NCBI GenBank assembly: GCA_024206335.1
Contig: JAAGZL010000342.1
Location: 747-64,746 of the forward strand
Length of the DNA: 64,000 nt
Direction: 5' to 3'
DNA from: Gammaproteobacteria bacterium
GTDB lineage: Bacteria; Pseudomonadota; Gammaproteobacteria; Chromatiales; Chromatiaceae
Shown here piece by piece: positions 1 to 10,775 of this stretch (position 1 is its first letter; every line of letters begins with the position of its first letter). The notes beneath the pieces are model-generated. The model made no database searches and was not told the origin of the DNA. It saw only the letters and a list, made by a program, of their open reading frames with translations. The translations under genes were made by a program, and so were the position numbers.

Positions 1-339
1 TTTCTTGTTGGGATGGTAATTCTTGATTTCAGTCTGGCCACCGCCCTGCTCGGAAGCAGCTATGTTTTTTTGCAGCAGAAAATATTCAGGCCTGATCAAT
101 AATATCAATTTGAAAAATCAGGCTTTTGAGTGGCATAATTGGCGCCGATTTTAACCAGCCAGCGTATTCTCTTTGGCTGCCCAGCTTGGTTGTTTTCGCA
201 GGATCCACTTTTTTCCTAGTAAAAACACATAGTTGGCAAACGCGAGAGAGCTATCCCCATAGCTAAATCTTCACTGCATGGGAGAGGCACACATGGCTTC
301 CCGACTAAAACAGTCGGATATTTTCAGAGGAAAACTGTT

Positions 340-1539
340 GTGAGTGAATTTATTACCAAACCCGGCAACGAGGATCTTGCCAGAATCATCCGCACCATAT
401 GTGAAGGCGGCAACGCCGAAGAGATGATCCACCAGTTCGATAATGAGCACGACGATCTGAGCGAAGAGGTGGTGGCAGAGGTGTTTCAGACCCTGGGCCA
501 GGAGGGGGTAGAGTTCCAGAACAACCCTCTGGTAATCGATTTCTACCACCGTGTAATCGTAAACAAGGTCGCAGCCGGCGTCCTGAATCAGTTTGCCCCC
601 GGCCATCCGGTCAGGGTCTATCTGGAAGAGAACGCCATGCTGCGTTCCCTGTTCGGCGAAATCGGCGGCATAGATCCAACCACAGACCTGGACGGTTTCA
701 GGGTCGTGTTCCAGAACATCCTCAAGGTGGAAAAACACTTTGTGCGCAAAGAGAACCAGCTGTTTCCCTGCCTGGAAAAACATGGCTGGGACTCACCCAG
801 CAAGAACATGTGGGCCTTCCACGATGATATCCGGGCCCGACTGAAAGAGGTACGGATCGCCCTGGAACAGGGAGACGCAGCCCAGGTGGCAGAGAAATTT
901 CCCACCACCCGCGACGAGATGGTGCGTCTGATGGCAGTGGAAGAGGAGCGTCTGCTGCCCAACGCCATGAATATGCTGGAAGAGACAGAGTGGGAGGCGA
1001 TGCGTACCGGTGATGAAGAGATAGGCTGGATGCTGGATCAGGCCCCTCCTCCCTACCCACCCCAGGCAGAGGAAGAGGAGTATGTGCACCCATCCCAGGA
1101 CACCAAGAAACGGGAACTGGACCTCTCCACCGAGGCCTCCCACTACGATGAGGGATTCCTGACGCCGGAACAGGTAAACATGATCTTCAAGTTCCTGCCC
1201 ATCGATATCACCTATGTGGATGAAAACGACCGCGTGGTGTTCTACAACCGGGGAGAGGAACGTGTATTCCCACGCAGTGCCGGCATCATCGGCCGCGAGG
1301 TGCGCTACTGCCACCCACCCAAGTCGGTGGACCAGGTGCTACGTATCCTGGAAGAGTTCAAAAAAGGCACCCAGGACGTAGCCGACTTCCGCATCCACTT
1401 CAAGGGACGCTTCATTCTGATCCGCTACTTCGCAGTTCGTGATAACGATGGAACCTATCGCGGCGTGCTGGAGATGTCCCAGGATATCACCGACATAAAG
1501 GAGATGGAGGGAGAGCAGCGACTGCTGGACTGGGATTGA
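340..1539 (+). CDS. DUF438-type sensor protein (hemerythrin-like region plus C-terminal PAS-like domain)
   Basis: 399-aa ORF with a GTG start preceded by GAGGAAA. The C-terminal block LPIDITYVDENDRVVFYN...GREVRYCHPPKS...GVLEMSQDITD matches my memory of the DUF438/PAS_10 family. The central helical part is His/Glu rich. Confidence 0.6.
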   Translation: MSEFITKPGNEDLARIIRTICEGGNAEEMIHQFDNEHDDLSEEVVAEVFQTLGQEGVEFQNNPLVIDFYHRVIVNKVAAGVLNQFAPGHPVRVYLEENAMLRSLFGEIGGIDPTTDLDGFRVVFQNILKVEKHFVRKENQLFPCLEKHGWDSPSKNMWAFHDDIRARLKEVRIALEQGDAAQVAEKFPTTRDEMVRLMAVEEERLLPNAMNMLEETEWEAMRTGDEEIGWMLDQAPPPYPPQAEEEEYVHPSQDTKKRELDLSTEASHYDEGFLTPEQVNMIFKFLPIDITYVDENDRVVFYNRGEERVFPRSAGIIGREVRYCHPPKSVDQVLRILEEFKKGTQDVADFRIHFKGRFILIRYFAVRDNDGTYRGVLEMSQDITDIKEMEGEQRLLDWD

Positions 1540-1578
1540 TAAACCCGAGATCTGACCCAGCGGGTCACCCACCTACTA

Positions 1579-3582
1579 TTAACTCAGTTTGATACAACTC
1601 ACTGTTCTAGTATCACTGAGTTGTACCTGTTGTGGGTAGGCCTGTTGACACTCAGGCACCGCCTCTGGACAACGCGGGTGGAAGTGACATCCGGCCGGAG
1701 GATCTGCCGGTGATGGCATATCCCCTTCCAGATGTATCACCTGGCGCTTACTATCCTGATCAACCACCGGCACCGCTGACAGCAGGGCCTTGGTGTATGG
1801 GTGTTGGGGTGACTCCAGCACCTCCTGCACCGTACCACGCTCCACGATCCGGCCCAGATACATCACCGCCACTTCATGGGCCAGATAGGCTACTACAGAA
1901 ATATCGTGGGTGATAAACAAGTAGGAGAGATCAAGGTCGTCCTGCAGCTGTTTTAGCAGATTCAGGATCTGGGCCTGGACCGACACATCCAGGGCACTGG
2001 TAGGCTCATCACAGACGATGAGCATAGGCTCCACCGCCAGGGCCCTAGCCACACAGATGCGTTGACGCTGCCCGCCTGAAAATTCGTGTGGATAGCGCTT
2101 GGCCGCATCCACAGAGAGGCCGACCTTACTCAGTAGATCATTAACTCGCTCACTGCGCTCCTGCCTGTTGTTCCCTATGCGCTGTGCCTGCATACCTTCT
2201 GCGATGATATCACCCACCAGCATACGCGGGTTCATGGAGGCCATGGGGTCCTGGAAGATGATCTGCATGTCGGAACGACGTTTGCGCAGTGCTTCACCTT
2301 TAAGTTCTGTAAGTTCATTTCCATCAAAAATGGCACTGCCAGCTGTGGGACGAATAAGTTGCAGAATACCTTTGCCCACGGTTGTCTTACCGCAGCCGGA
2401 CTCACCCACAAGCGCCAACGTATGGCCTGTAGTAATATCCATAGAGACACCGTCAACCGCCTTCACATGACCAACAGTACGCCGCAGAACTCCTTTCTGA
2501 ATTGGGAAGTGTACTTTTAGATCATCAACACTCAACAGTGGAGTTGAAGGTTTCTTGTTGATCTCTTCTGGCTGCTGGACAACGGGTTTGCGTATATTTG
2601 CAACCGGAACAACATCCATATTATGCAGATGACAGCGTATACCCTGGGCCTCGCCAATCTCGCTCCAGACCGGGATCTGGTTATGGCACATATCCATAAC
2701 TTCTTCACAACGATCAGCAAAACGACAACCCTTGAACTCCTGATTCAAAGCCGGCACAGTGCCTTCAATTACAGCCAGCGGCTGACCACGTCTTGCCTTA
2801 CCCGGCAGTGACTCAAACAACTTGCGACTATATGGATGTTTGGGATCGTTAAAAAACTCTTCTCTGGTTGCAACTTCAATAATCTGGCCGGCATACATGA
2901 CGGCAATACGATCCGCCACCTCAGACACCACCCCAAGATCATGTGTGATCAGCATGATGGCCATGCCTGTCTCTTGTTGCAGATCTTTCAGCAAACGTAA
3001 AACCTGGGCCTGGATGGTTACATCCAAGGCAGTGGTTGGCTCATCTGCAATCAACAACTCCGGCTTACCAGCCAGCGCAATTGCAATCATCACCCTCTGT
3101 TTCATGCCACCAGACAGTTGGTGCGGATATTCACGCACTCTGCGCTCCGGGTCTGGTATACCAACCGCCTTGAGGAGATCTACAACAATGCTGTTTATTT
3201 CAGATTTAACCGCGCCTGCATGTACCTTTACCGATTCTGCAATCTGATCACCGATGGTTAGCACCGGGTTCAGTGATGTGTTAGGTTCCTGGAAGATCAT
3301 ACCCATGCGGCCGCCGCGCTCACTGCGCATAGACGCTTCCGGCAGACTCAGGATATCGGTATCCCCCAACATCACTGATCCATCCAGGATACGTCCAGAA
3401 GTTGGCAGTAGACGCATCATGGTTAGTGCGGTCATCGACTTGCCACAGCCGGATTCTCCGAGTAACGCAAAGGTCTCACCCTTGCGGATTTCCAGATCAA
3501 CGCCGTCCACAGCCTTAACCGGGTTGTCTTTACTACCCAGCCAGGTCTTCAGATTTTTAATGCGTAACAGCGGATCACTCAT
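1579..3582 (-). CDS. ABC transporter ATP-binding protein with two fused ATPase cassettes (YejF / Opp-Dpp D-F fusion type)
   Basis: 667 aa. Two Walker A sites ([16 protein letters not shown]), two signature motifs ([16 protein letters not shown]) and two Walker B sites ([16 protein letters not shown]). ATG start preceded by AAGGAAAAA. Confidence 0.85.
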   Translation of the reverse strand: MSDPLLRIKNLKTWLGSKDNPVKAVDGVDLEIRKGETFALLGESGCGKSMTALTMMRLLPTSGRILDGSVMLGDTDILSLPEASMRSERGGRMGMIFQEPNTSLNPVLTIGDQIAESVKVHAGAVKSEINSIVVDLLKAVGIPDPERRVREYPHQLSGGMKQRVMIAIALAGKPELLIADEPTTALDVTIQAQVLRLLKDLQQETGMAIMLITHDLGVVSEVADRIAVMYAGQIIEVATREEFFNDPKHPYSRKLFESLPGKARRGQPLAVIEGTVPALNQEFKGCRFADRCEEVMDMCHNQIPVWSEIGEAQGIRCHLHNMDVVPVANIRKPVVQQPEEINKKPSTPLLSVDDLKVHFPIQKGVLRRTVGHVKAVDGVSMDITTGHTLALVGESGCGKTTVGKGILQLIRPTAGSAIFDGNELTELKGEALRKRRSDMQIIFQDPMASMNPRMLVGDIIAEGMQAQRIGNNRQERSERVNDLLSKVGLSVDAAKRYPHEFSGGQRQRICVARALAVEPMLIVCDEPTSALDVSVQAQILNLLKQLQDDLDLSYLFITHDISVVAYLAHEVAVMYLGRIVERGTVQEVLESPQHPYTKALLSAVPVVDQDSKRQVIHLEGDMPSPADPPAGCHFHPRCPEAVPECQQAYPQQVQLSDTRTVSCIKLS

Positions 3583-3609
3583 CCAGGATTTTTCCTTTGT
3601 TAATAATAT

Positions 3610-5031
3610 CTATCTACTGCTGCTGCGCAGGCGTGGATCAAACGCATCCCGCACCACATCGGAAAACAGGTTGGCCGACAGCACCAGGGTAAACATGAAC
3701 ATCAATGCCGCCATCAGGGACCACCAGACTATGGGCTCACGCGCCATCTCCAGCCGGGCACTGTTAATCATATTGCCCCAGCTGTTCATGGTGGGGTCCA
3801 CACCTATATTCACATACGAGAGCACCGCCTCTGCCAGCACCAGCCCGGAGAAATCCAGCACCACCGTAATCAGAACGATATGCAGCACATTGGGCAGGAT
3901 GTGGCGCAGGATGATCTGGAAGTTACCAACACCAAAGGCAGTAGCAGCCTGCACATAGTCCACCTCTCGCAGCTTGATGGACTCCCCCCGTAGCAGACGA
4001 CACAGGCCGGTCCAACTGGTCACCCCCAGGATGATGCAGAGAAACAGCAGACGCATATCTGCCCGTTCCAGCAGGCTGTTGAACTGGTCGGCATGGTTAC
4101 TCATGTAGATCTGCAGCATCAGGATGGCGGCGGCAATCAGCAACACACCGGGAATCGAGTTCAGGGTGGTGTAGAGGTACTGGATGATGTCATCCACCCA
4201 GCCGCGAAAAAAACCCGCCATGATCCCCAACAGAATGGCCGCCGGCAACATCACCAGGGTGGTCAGGGTGCCGATCATCAGCCCGGTACGGATGCTCTTC
4301 AGGGCCTGATAGAACACATCCTCGCCCACCTTGTCCGTGCCCAGCAGGTGATACTTAAGGCTCAGCTCTGCACTCACCGTGAGCAGCACCAGCAGCACCC
4401 CAAGGGTGAGCAGCACCACCCGCCAGGGTATGGCGGTCTGACCCAGCAACATGCGCTTGGCCTGCCCACCGTAGCCGCACTCTGTGCCTATGGAACTAAA
4501 CATGATCAGAATATTGATCACCACCAGGGTGAGCAGCCCCCCCTTAATGGTGCCGATGGCAACGCTACGCAGGATATCCGGCAACCACTCCTGTTCCGGT
4601 CGTTGCAGGTGGGCGCCACCATGAAGCAGGCGCGGAAAATCCCGGATCTGGGTCCCGTCCGGCAGCTCGATGGTCTCTTTGGCATACTGATGCGTGGCCA
4701 ACGGCGCTGAGTAGGTCTTCTCCTGCCTGACCCGCAGTGGCGTTACCATCTGATCAAACAGGCTAATCACCTCAGACGCATGGGTAACACCGTTGCTCTG
4801 CTCCTCCTCTGCCAGGGTGGGATGATAATGGATGGAATCGAGCAGACCTATAGTTACATAGAACAGCAGCACCACCATGGTGCCCACACCCACCTTGCTC
4901 TCGACCACACTGCGCCAGGGGTCGCGCAGATGCTCCTTACGGGCGGCATAGAGACCAAAGCCCACTGCCATAAACAGCAGCAGGAAGATCAGCGCATCGG
5001 TCCAGAGCACAACGAATTGCGGCATTACCAT
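3610..5031 (-). CDS. ABC transporter permease (OppC/DppC type) with a long N-terminal extension
   Basis: Multi-TM ORF. The C-terminal half has the binding-protein-dependent transport fold pattern (LGTDKVGEDVF..., EAA-like region). The track starts at a TTG at 5037; ATGs at 5031 and 5025 are more likely starts. Confidence 0.75.
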   Translation of the reverse strand: MVMPQFVVLWTDALIFLLLFMAVGFGLYAARKEHLRDPWRSVVESKVGVGTMVVLLFYVTIGLLDSIHYHPTLAEEEQSNGVTHASEVISLFDQMVTPLRVRQEKTYSAPLATHQYAKETIELPDGTQIRDFPRLLHGGAHLQRPEQEWLPDILRSVAIGTIKGGLLTLVVINILIMFSSIGTECGYGGQAKRMLLGQTAIPWRVVLLTLGVLLVLLTVSAELSLKYHLLGTDKVGEDVFYQALKSIRTGLMIGTLTTLVMLPAAILLGIMAGFFRGWVDDIIQYLYTTLNSIPGVLLIAAAILMLQIYMSNHADQFNSLLERADMRLLFLCIILGVTSWTGLCRLLRGESIKLREVDYVQAATAFGVGNFQIILRHILPNVLHIVLITVVLDFSGLVLAEAVLSYVNIGVDPTMNSWGNMINSARLEMAREPIVWWSLMAALMFMFTLVLSANLFSDVVRDAFDPRLRSSSR

Positions 5032-5056
5032 TCCCAATAATCCAACATGGTTAAAC

Positions 5057-5758
5057 TCACCCCGGTTTGCGTGGGCATAGTTTCTCTTCCACCGCTATCA
5101 CCGCCGCATCCACCCTGGAATGCACCTGTAGCTTGCGCAGGATGGACTTCACATGCAGCTTTACCGTGCCATCCGAGATCCCCAACTCGCGCGCAATCAC
5201 CTTGTTACTCTTGCCCCCGGCGAGTAGACAGAGTATCTCCGTCTCACGTGGGGTAAGGCCAGCCAGTGCCGTCTTCTCCATGGACACATCCAATTCACCC
5301 CGTAATATCTTGGTAAGGGTACTGGTGAACTCCTTTGCCACCACTAGATTTCCAGCAACCATATCCCGCAGCGAGGTAATAAGTTCATCCGGCCCGATGG
5401 TGCGCAGCAGGTAGCCGTTAGCCCCGGCCCGCAGGGCCTGTACCAAATCATTTTCCTGCAGACTAAAGCTAAGCATGGCAACCGGGAGATTTGGCCTGCG
5501 CTTGCGCAGTTCACGCAGCACCTCCACCTCGGTCATCCCTGGCAGCTGCAGGTCCAACAACATGGCATCTGGCCGGTCTGTTACTGCCAGCTCAATACCT
5601 TCCTGCCAATTCCCCATGGCGGCAACCACCTCCACACCACGCCGTTCCAACAGCTCCTTCAGGCCTAGGCGGAACAGGGCGTGGTCCACCACCAATAGCA
5701 GACGCATGGGGGCGGTCTGTAGTGGTACAGGTTCTGGTTTCAGCACGGTGTCTGGCAT
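5057..5758 (-). CDS. Two-component response regulator, NarL/FixJ (LuxR-type HTH) family
   Basis: REC domain (LLVVDH..., MLLDLQLPGM, ...LSFS) plus C-terminal LuxR HTH (LTPRETEILCLLAGGKSNKVIARELGISDGTVKLHVKSILRKL). Confidence 0.85.
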   Translation of the reverse strand: MPDTVLKPEPVPLQTAPMRLLLVVDHALFRLGLKELLERRGVEVVAAMGNWQEGIELAVTDRPDAMLLDLQLPGMTEVEVLRELRKRRPNLPVAMLSFSLQENDLVQALRAGANGYLLRTIGPDELITSLRDMVAGNLVVAKEFTSTLTKILRGELDVSMEKTALAGLTPRETEILCLLAGGKSNKVIARELGISDGTVKLHVKSILRKLQVHSRVDAAVIAVEEKLCPRKPG

Positions 5759-5815
5759 AGTAGTTACATATTTATAATTGATTTATATTAACTTTAGCAT
5801 GAAATATTCCGGCAC

Positions 5816-6910
5816 TTAACTCCCCAGGGTGCTGGCAATGGCCTCTAGCCTCAATCTGGTTAACTCTTCACCCAACTCCTTGCCGCCTAACCCCTGTCCC
5901 TGTAGATCCACTGCCGAGACGGTGTTGACCGCCCGCAAGGCCCGGTCCAGGTTTGGCCTTGCCTGGTCAATTAGTCCTGGCCAGATGGCACTACAGGCCA
6001 GGATAAACTCCTGAAATCGCTGCGGCTGCTGTTGCGCGCGCAGTTGGGTAAGCAGTTGTAACATGGCCTCAGCATCACCCGCCGCCACCGCGGCTACCCC
6101 ATCGGCATGCCGCAGTAATGCATCCAGAAGCCGGGCATGATTGGCCGGCAAACGCAGGGAACCGGCCAGGGCATCAACACCCCCCATGTCTGCCACACTG
6201 CCATACATCACCGCGGCAAAACGTACTTCATTCGCGGCAGTTATCGCCGCCGCCCGCTTCAAGGACGCCAGGGCCTCGGACGGAGCGGTTAAACTGAGTT
6301 GCAGTGGCGCCAGCGCCTCACACTCCTGCAGCACCTCAAAGAAACGCCAGGGTGCCCGGCCCTGAAGGGCAGCAGCCAACTCCTTCCAGACACGTTCCCG
6401 GTTGAGCGTACTCAACTCACCGGACCGGGCCATCTGCCGCATCAACCCCATGGTCTCTGGATCAACACTGAAATCAAATCTGGCCGCAAACCGGGCGGTG
6501 CGCAGCAGGCGCAGTGGGTCTTCCACAAAGGCCGGGGATATGTGCCGCAGGCGGCCCTGTTGCAGATCATCCTGGCCGTGAAACAGATCAATCAGGCCGC
6601 CATCCTCCGCCTGGGCCATGGCGTTAATGGTGAGATCACGTCGAATCAGATCCTGCTCCAGGGTTACCTCTGGACCCGCCTCCACCACAAACCCCTTGTA
6701 GCCGCTGCCACTCTTGGTCTCGGTGCGAGCCAGGGCGTACTCTTCACCCGTATCCGGATGCAGAAATACCGGGAATTCGGCATCCGCCGGGTGGAACCCA
6801 CGCTGCAGCATTTCCGTCTCACTGGCACCCACCACCAGCCAGTCTCGCTCTCTGGGCTGAAGATGTAATAGACCGTCACGTACTGCGCCGCCCACCAGAT
6901 AGATTTTCAT
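5816..6910 (-). CDS. cca: CCA-adding tRNA nucleotidyltransferase (short form)
   Basis: The N-terminus [15 protein letters not shown]...RDWLVVG...FPVFLHP...EYALARTE is the classic class II nucleotidyltransferase head of Cca. Confidence 0.85.
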   Translation of the reverse strand: MKIYLVGGAVRDGLLHLQPRERDWLVVGASETEMLQRGFHPADAEFPVFLHPDTGEEYALARTETKSGSGYKGFVVEAGPEVTLEQDLIRRDLTINAMAQAEDGGLIDLFHGQDDLQQGRLRHISPAFVEDPLRLLRTARFAARFDFSVDPETMGLMRQMARSGELSTLNRERVWKELAAALQGRAPWRFFEVLQECEALAPLQLSLTAPSEALASLKRAAAITAANEVRFAAVMYGSVADMGGVDALAGSLRLPANHARLLDALLRHADGVAAVAAGDAEAMLQLLTQLRAQQQPQRFQEFILACSAIWPGLIDQARPNLDRALRAVNTVSAVDLQGQGLGGKELGEELTRLRLEAIASTLGS

Positions 6911-6954
6911 TGGATCTTCACCATAGCTTTATTTTTGGTATCTATTCCAATGCA

Positions 6955-6983
6955 GAAACAAAAAATAAACCGCATTGCGGTTT
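6955..6983 (-). terminator. Rho-independent terminator downstream of the ATM1-type ABC gene
   Basis: Read on the minus strand: AAACCGC-AAT-GCGGTTT stem-loop (6967-6983) followed by ATTTTTTGTTT. Confidence 0.6.
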
Positions 6984-7065
6984 GAACTGGCATTTCTGAA
7001 CAGATGCTATCAAATTTGCCACAATCGATTTCAACCCCAAGTTACTGATCTTCGGCCAAGCATAC

Positions 7066-8880
7066 TCATTCTGTTTGGCTTTGGTAAGCTCCAGTCCGTT
7101 GATCCTCCCGCTGCAGCTGCCACATCTCCGAATAGCGGCCATCCTGTTGCAGCAGCTCCTGATGCCGGCCCTGCTCCACAATACGCCCCTGCTCCATCAC
7201 CAGAATACGGTCTGCATCCACCACCGTGGAGAGGCGGTGCGCAATGACCAGGGTGGTGTGGTTCTGCGCCACATCCCTCAGGGTCTCCTGGATCGCCTGT
7301 TCCGTAGCACTATCCAGGGATGATGTGGCCTCATCAAACAGCATAATGCGTGGCCGTTTCAGGATGGCACGGGCAATGGCCACCCGCTGTTTCTCACCCC
7401 CGGAGAGCTTGAGACCACGCTCCCCCACCACGGTGTCATAACCCTGGGGCAGGGAGTCGATAAACTCATCTATATGCGCCATGGCCGCCGCCTCCCTTAT
7501 CTCATCCATGCTGGCATCTGGACGCCCGTAACGCAGGTTGTACAGAATGCTATCATTAAACAGCACCGTATCCTGGGGCACTATGCCGATGGCTGCGCGC
7601 AGGCTCTCCTGGGTCAGGCTACGCACATCCTGACCATCTATGGTGACGCTGCCACCAGATACGTCATAGAAACGAAACAGCAGCCGCGACAGGGTGGATT
7701 TACCGGCGCCACTGCGCCCTACAATCGCGACCTTCTCCCCCGGCCGCACAGTGAAATCCACCCCATGGAGTATCTGCCGATCATCCTGATAGGAGAACTC
7801 CACCTGGTTGAAACGGATCTCTCCTCCCGTCAATGCCAACTCCCTGGCTCCAGGTTGGTCCTGCACCTCCGGTTCCAGTTCCAACAGTTTGAACACCAGA
7901 TCCATATCCGCCATGGAGTACATCACCTGACGATACACCATGCCGAGAAAATTGAGCGGGATAAACAGCTGCAACAAAAAGGCGTTGACCATAACCAGAT
8001 CACCAATACTCATCTCACCCGCCACCACACCATCTGCCGCCAGAAACATTATGATGGTGACACCGATGGCGATGATTGCCCCCTGTCCGAAGTTAAGCAG
8101 GGACATGGAGGACTGGCTCTTTACCGCCGATTCCTCCCACTGAAACAGGGTGTTATCAAAGCGCTGCAACTCCAGCTGCTCATTCCCAAAATATTTGACC
8201 GTCTCATAATTAATCAGGCTATCAAAAGCCTGGGCGTTAGCCTCTGATTCCAGACGATTCATACTGTGGCGAAACTCCATGCGCCACTTGGTAACCATGA
8301 CAGTAAAAAAAATATATACCGCCACTGTACCAAAGGTGACCTGGGTAAATATCGGGTCATACATGGTGAGCAGGACTATCGCCACCAGGGTGAATTCAAT
8401 CAACAGCGGCAGGATGCTGAAGGTCATATAGTTCAGGATGGTGCTGACGCTGCGGGTGCCCCGTTCCAGATCCCGACTGATGGCGCCGGTGCGCCGCTCC
8501 AGGTGAAAGCGCAGCGCCAGCTGGTGCAGATGTTCCAGCACCTTGCGCGACAACATACGCATGGCATTGAAACGCACCCGGGCGAACACCACATCCCGCA
8601 GTTCATTGAACAGGGAGCTGCTCAACCGCAGCAGCCCATAGCCCAGCAGCAGGGACACCGGTAGCACCAGGGCAGCGGTACCGCTCTTCTCCATGGCGTC
8701 CACGATCTGCTTCAACAGCAGCGGGATACCAACATTTGCCACCTTAGCGAACACCAGGCAGACAATGGCAAACAGCGCACGCCCCCGGTATTCAGCCAGG
8801 AATGACAACATCATGCGCAGATTATGCAGATCACGTCGATCCTTATGGGGAGTAGCTAGAACTTGTGAATGGCGTGACAT
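7066..8880 (-). CDS. Fused permease/ATPase ABC exporter, ATM1/HMT1 (heavy-metal tolerance) type
   Basis: 604 aa. N-terminal 6-TM exporter domain, Walker A GRSGAGKST, signature LSGGEKQRVAIAR, Walker B IMLFDEATSSLD. Confidence 0.85.
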   Translation of the reverse strand: MSRHSQVLATPHKDRRDLHNLRMMLSFLAEYRGRALFAIVCLVFAKVANVGIPLLLKQIVDAMEKSGTAALVLPVSLLLGYGLLRLSSSLFNELRDVVFARVRFNAMRMLSRKVLEHLHQLALRFHLERRTGAISRDLERGTRSVSTILNYMTFSILPLLIEFTLVAIVLLTMYDPIFTQVTFGTVAVYIFFTVMVTKWRMEFRHSMNRLESEANAQAFDSLINYETVKYFGNEQLELQRFDNTLFQWEESAVKSQSSMSLLNFGQGAIIAIGVTIIMFLAADGVVAGEMSIGDLVMVNAFLLQLFIPLNFLGMVYRQVMYSMADMDLVFKLLELEPEVQDQPGARELALTGGEIRFNQVEFSYQDDRQILHGVDFTVRPGEKVAIVGRSGAGKSTLSRLLFRFYDVSGGSVTIDGQDVRSLTQESLRAAIGIVPQDTVLFNDSILYNLRYGRPDASMDEIREAAAMAHIDEFIDSLPQGYDTVVGERGLKLSGGEKQRVAIARAILKRPRIMLFDEATSSLDSATEQAIQETLRDVAQNHTTLVIAHRLSTVVDADRILVMEQGRIVEQGRHQELLQQDGRYSEMWQLQREDQRTGAYQSQTE

Positions 8881-9212
8881 GTTATGATTGAGTCTTCAGG
8901 TTCCAGTAAACGGGATCAACTGTTTCGGTCTTCTTAAAACTAATGTGTCGGTATCAGTTCAGTTTTGGTATATACGGACACATTATTGACCTCAGGCAAA
9001 GGTGCATAGAGAGCTTTCTGAATCACCATTGTCATAACATTGTGTCCCTAGCTTCTCTGCTGTAGCCGATTAATAATTTGAAATAACTACAAATATTGCC
9101 GAAAAACCCTATTCTATAACATTTAGTCTGGGATAGACCGGGCTAGGGGAAATATCATTTATCTACCAGGCCCTTTGTATGGACAATAAACCTTTTAACA
9201 ACGGACAATTGT

Positions 9213-9554
9213 ATGACTCAAGATTGTAGTTACAACGAACTCTATCCACTGCAGGTGTTGGATGACAGCATGGAACCAGAGTTCCCGGAAAAATGCATCA
9301 TCATTATCGAACCATCCCAGGTGTGCGCCAGCGGGGCCTTTGTGGTGATCACGGTTGGTGAGGAGCGCTGGTTCCGCCAGTTCATTACCGATCGAGACAG
9401 CAACAGCAAACTGGTGGCCCTGAAACCAGGCTACCCGGAGATCGACCTCAAGGGAACCGAATACCAGATCGAAGGGATCATAGTACAGCGCAATATCGGG
9501 CGCGAGAAAAAACAGTACAAACCACATCAGGCCAACAACAGAAACCCGGAATAA
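9213..9554 (+). CDS. Stand-alone S24 (LexA/UmuD-like) peptidase-domain protein
   Basis: 113 aa. LQVLDDSMEPEFPEKCIIIIEP resembles the Ser-nucleophile strand (G-D-S-M-x-P) of S24 peptidases. No DNA-binding domain. Confidence 0.5.
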   Translation: MTQDCSYNELYPLQVLDDSMEPEFPEKCIIIIEPSQVCASGAFVVITVGEERWFRQFITDRDSNSKLVALKPGYPEIDLKGTEYQIEGIIVQRNIGREKKQYKPHQANNRNPE

Positions 9555-9560
9555 CCCTGG

Positions 9561-10628
9561 ATGCAGAACAACAACAATAAACTGCTGCTGTTAACTACCC
9601 TCTGGATCTCCATCACCCTGAGCGGCTGCAGTGAAACACCCCCGGCACCATCTACCGCCGCCAAACCCAAACCCCACCTGGTGGAGGTGGACAGGGTGGA
9701 GTTTAAACCAGTCAGCACCGCCCAGGAGCGCACAGGCTCCCTGCGTTCCCGGCGTCTGGTGCGCATCCACAACCAGGAAGAGGGCCGGGTGATCGAACTG
9801 CCCCACTTCGAAGGCGACCTGGTGGAGACGGGACAGCTTCTGATCAGCCTGGAGGATGCACTGCTCAAGGCGCAACTGGCCAAGGCCCGCGCCACCACCA
9901 GTCAGGCCCATCTGGATCTGGAACGTATCAGCAACCTGGTGGACCGGAGGGCCGCATCCAAGGATGAGCTCGCCCGGGTCAACACCCGTCTCGAAGTAGC
10001 CCAGGCCGAGCAGAAGCTGCTAGAGACCCGCCTCAGCTACACCCGCATCACCGCGCCCTTCAGTGGAGTGGTAAGCCACCGCTATGTGGAACCGGGTGAT
10101 GCCGTGGCCAAACACACCCATCTGCTGACCCTGATCGATCCACAATCACTAATCACCGAGATCCGCATCTCCGAACTGTTACTGCCCCATATCGCAGCGG
10201 GCGATATGGCCAAGGTGCGTATCGATGCCCTGGGAGACAGACAGTTCACCGGGCGCATACTACGTATCCACCCGGAACTGGATCCTGCCACCCGCCAGGG
10301 TGTGGTGGAGGTAATCCTGGACCCGGTACCCAAGGGCGCCCGGGCCGGACAGTTTGCCCGGGTCACCCTGGAGACCGCCCGGGTGCAACGCATGCTGATT
10401 CCATTTGGCACCGTAAGGCATGATCGCCTGGGGGCCTTCGTCTACCTCCTGGACCAGGAGAACAAGGTTCGACGCACACCGGTACGCAGCGGCATCCGGG
10501 TGGCCGACCGGATTGAGATCCTGGATGGCCTGAAACCGGACCAGCAGGTAGTCAGCCGCGGTTTTCTGGGACTGTCCGATGGCAAACAGGTCCAGATAAC
10601 CGAACGGAGACCCAACACCACCGACTAA
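9561..10628 (+). CDS. RND efflux periplasmic adaptor (membrane fusion protein)
   Basis: Lipoprotein-like signal (ITLSGCS), coiled-coil hairpin region, the ...ITAPFSGVV... lipoyl motif and beta-barrel/MP domains typical of the HlyD/AcrA family. Confidence 0.85.
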   Translation: MQNNNNKLLLLTTLWISITLSGCSETPPAPSTAAKPKPHLVEVDRVEFKPVSTAQERTGSLRSRRLVRIHNQEEGRVIELPHFEGDLVETGQLLISLEDALLKAQLAKARATTSQAHLDLERISNLVDRRAASKDELARVNTRLEVAQAEQKLLETRLSYTRITAPFSGVVSHRYVEPGDAVAKHTHLLTLIDPQSLITEIRISELLLPHIAAGDMAKVRIDALGDRQFTGRILRIHPELDPATRQGVVEVILDPVPKGARAGQFARVTLETARVQRMLIPFGTVRHDRLGAFVYLLDQENKVRRTPVRSGIRVADRIEILDGLKPDQQVVSRGFLGLSDGKQVQITERRPNTTD

Positions 10629-10775
10629 CCTTTGTTCAGACAGATGCTGTATTAACCGCAAACAGCGCGAAGTTAATAGATTGATAAATATAGCGGTTAC
10701 TTTGCGTGCATCACGAACTTTGCGGTTTATAAAGAAATTCTGGCACCCACCAACTAACTGAGCCAACCAAAATAG

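Noticed and set aside
1-102. Possible 3' end of a membrane-protein gene running in from the left edge (FLVGMVILDFSLATALLGSSYVFLQQKIFRPDQ*)
   Set aside because: Only 33 codons are visible. The sequence is hydrophobic and plausible, but it cannot be assigned or confirmed.
1553-1567. TGACCC-agc-GGGTCA palindrome between the convergent DUF438 and ABC ATPase genes, as a bidirectional terminator
   Set aside because: It has only 6 bp and no flanking T/A tracts, which is too weak to call.
8942-8984. Imperfect inverted repeat AATGTGTCGGTAT...ATACGGACACATT between the ABC exporter and the S24 gene
   Set aside because: It has one mismatch in 13 bp and nothing to tie it to a regulator. It may be an operator, but that cannot be supported from sequence alone.
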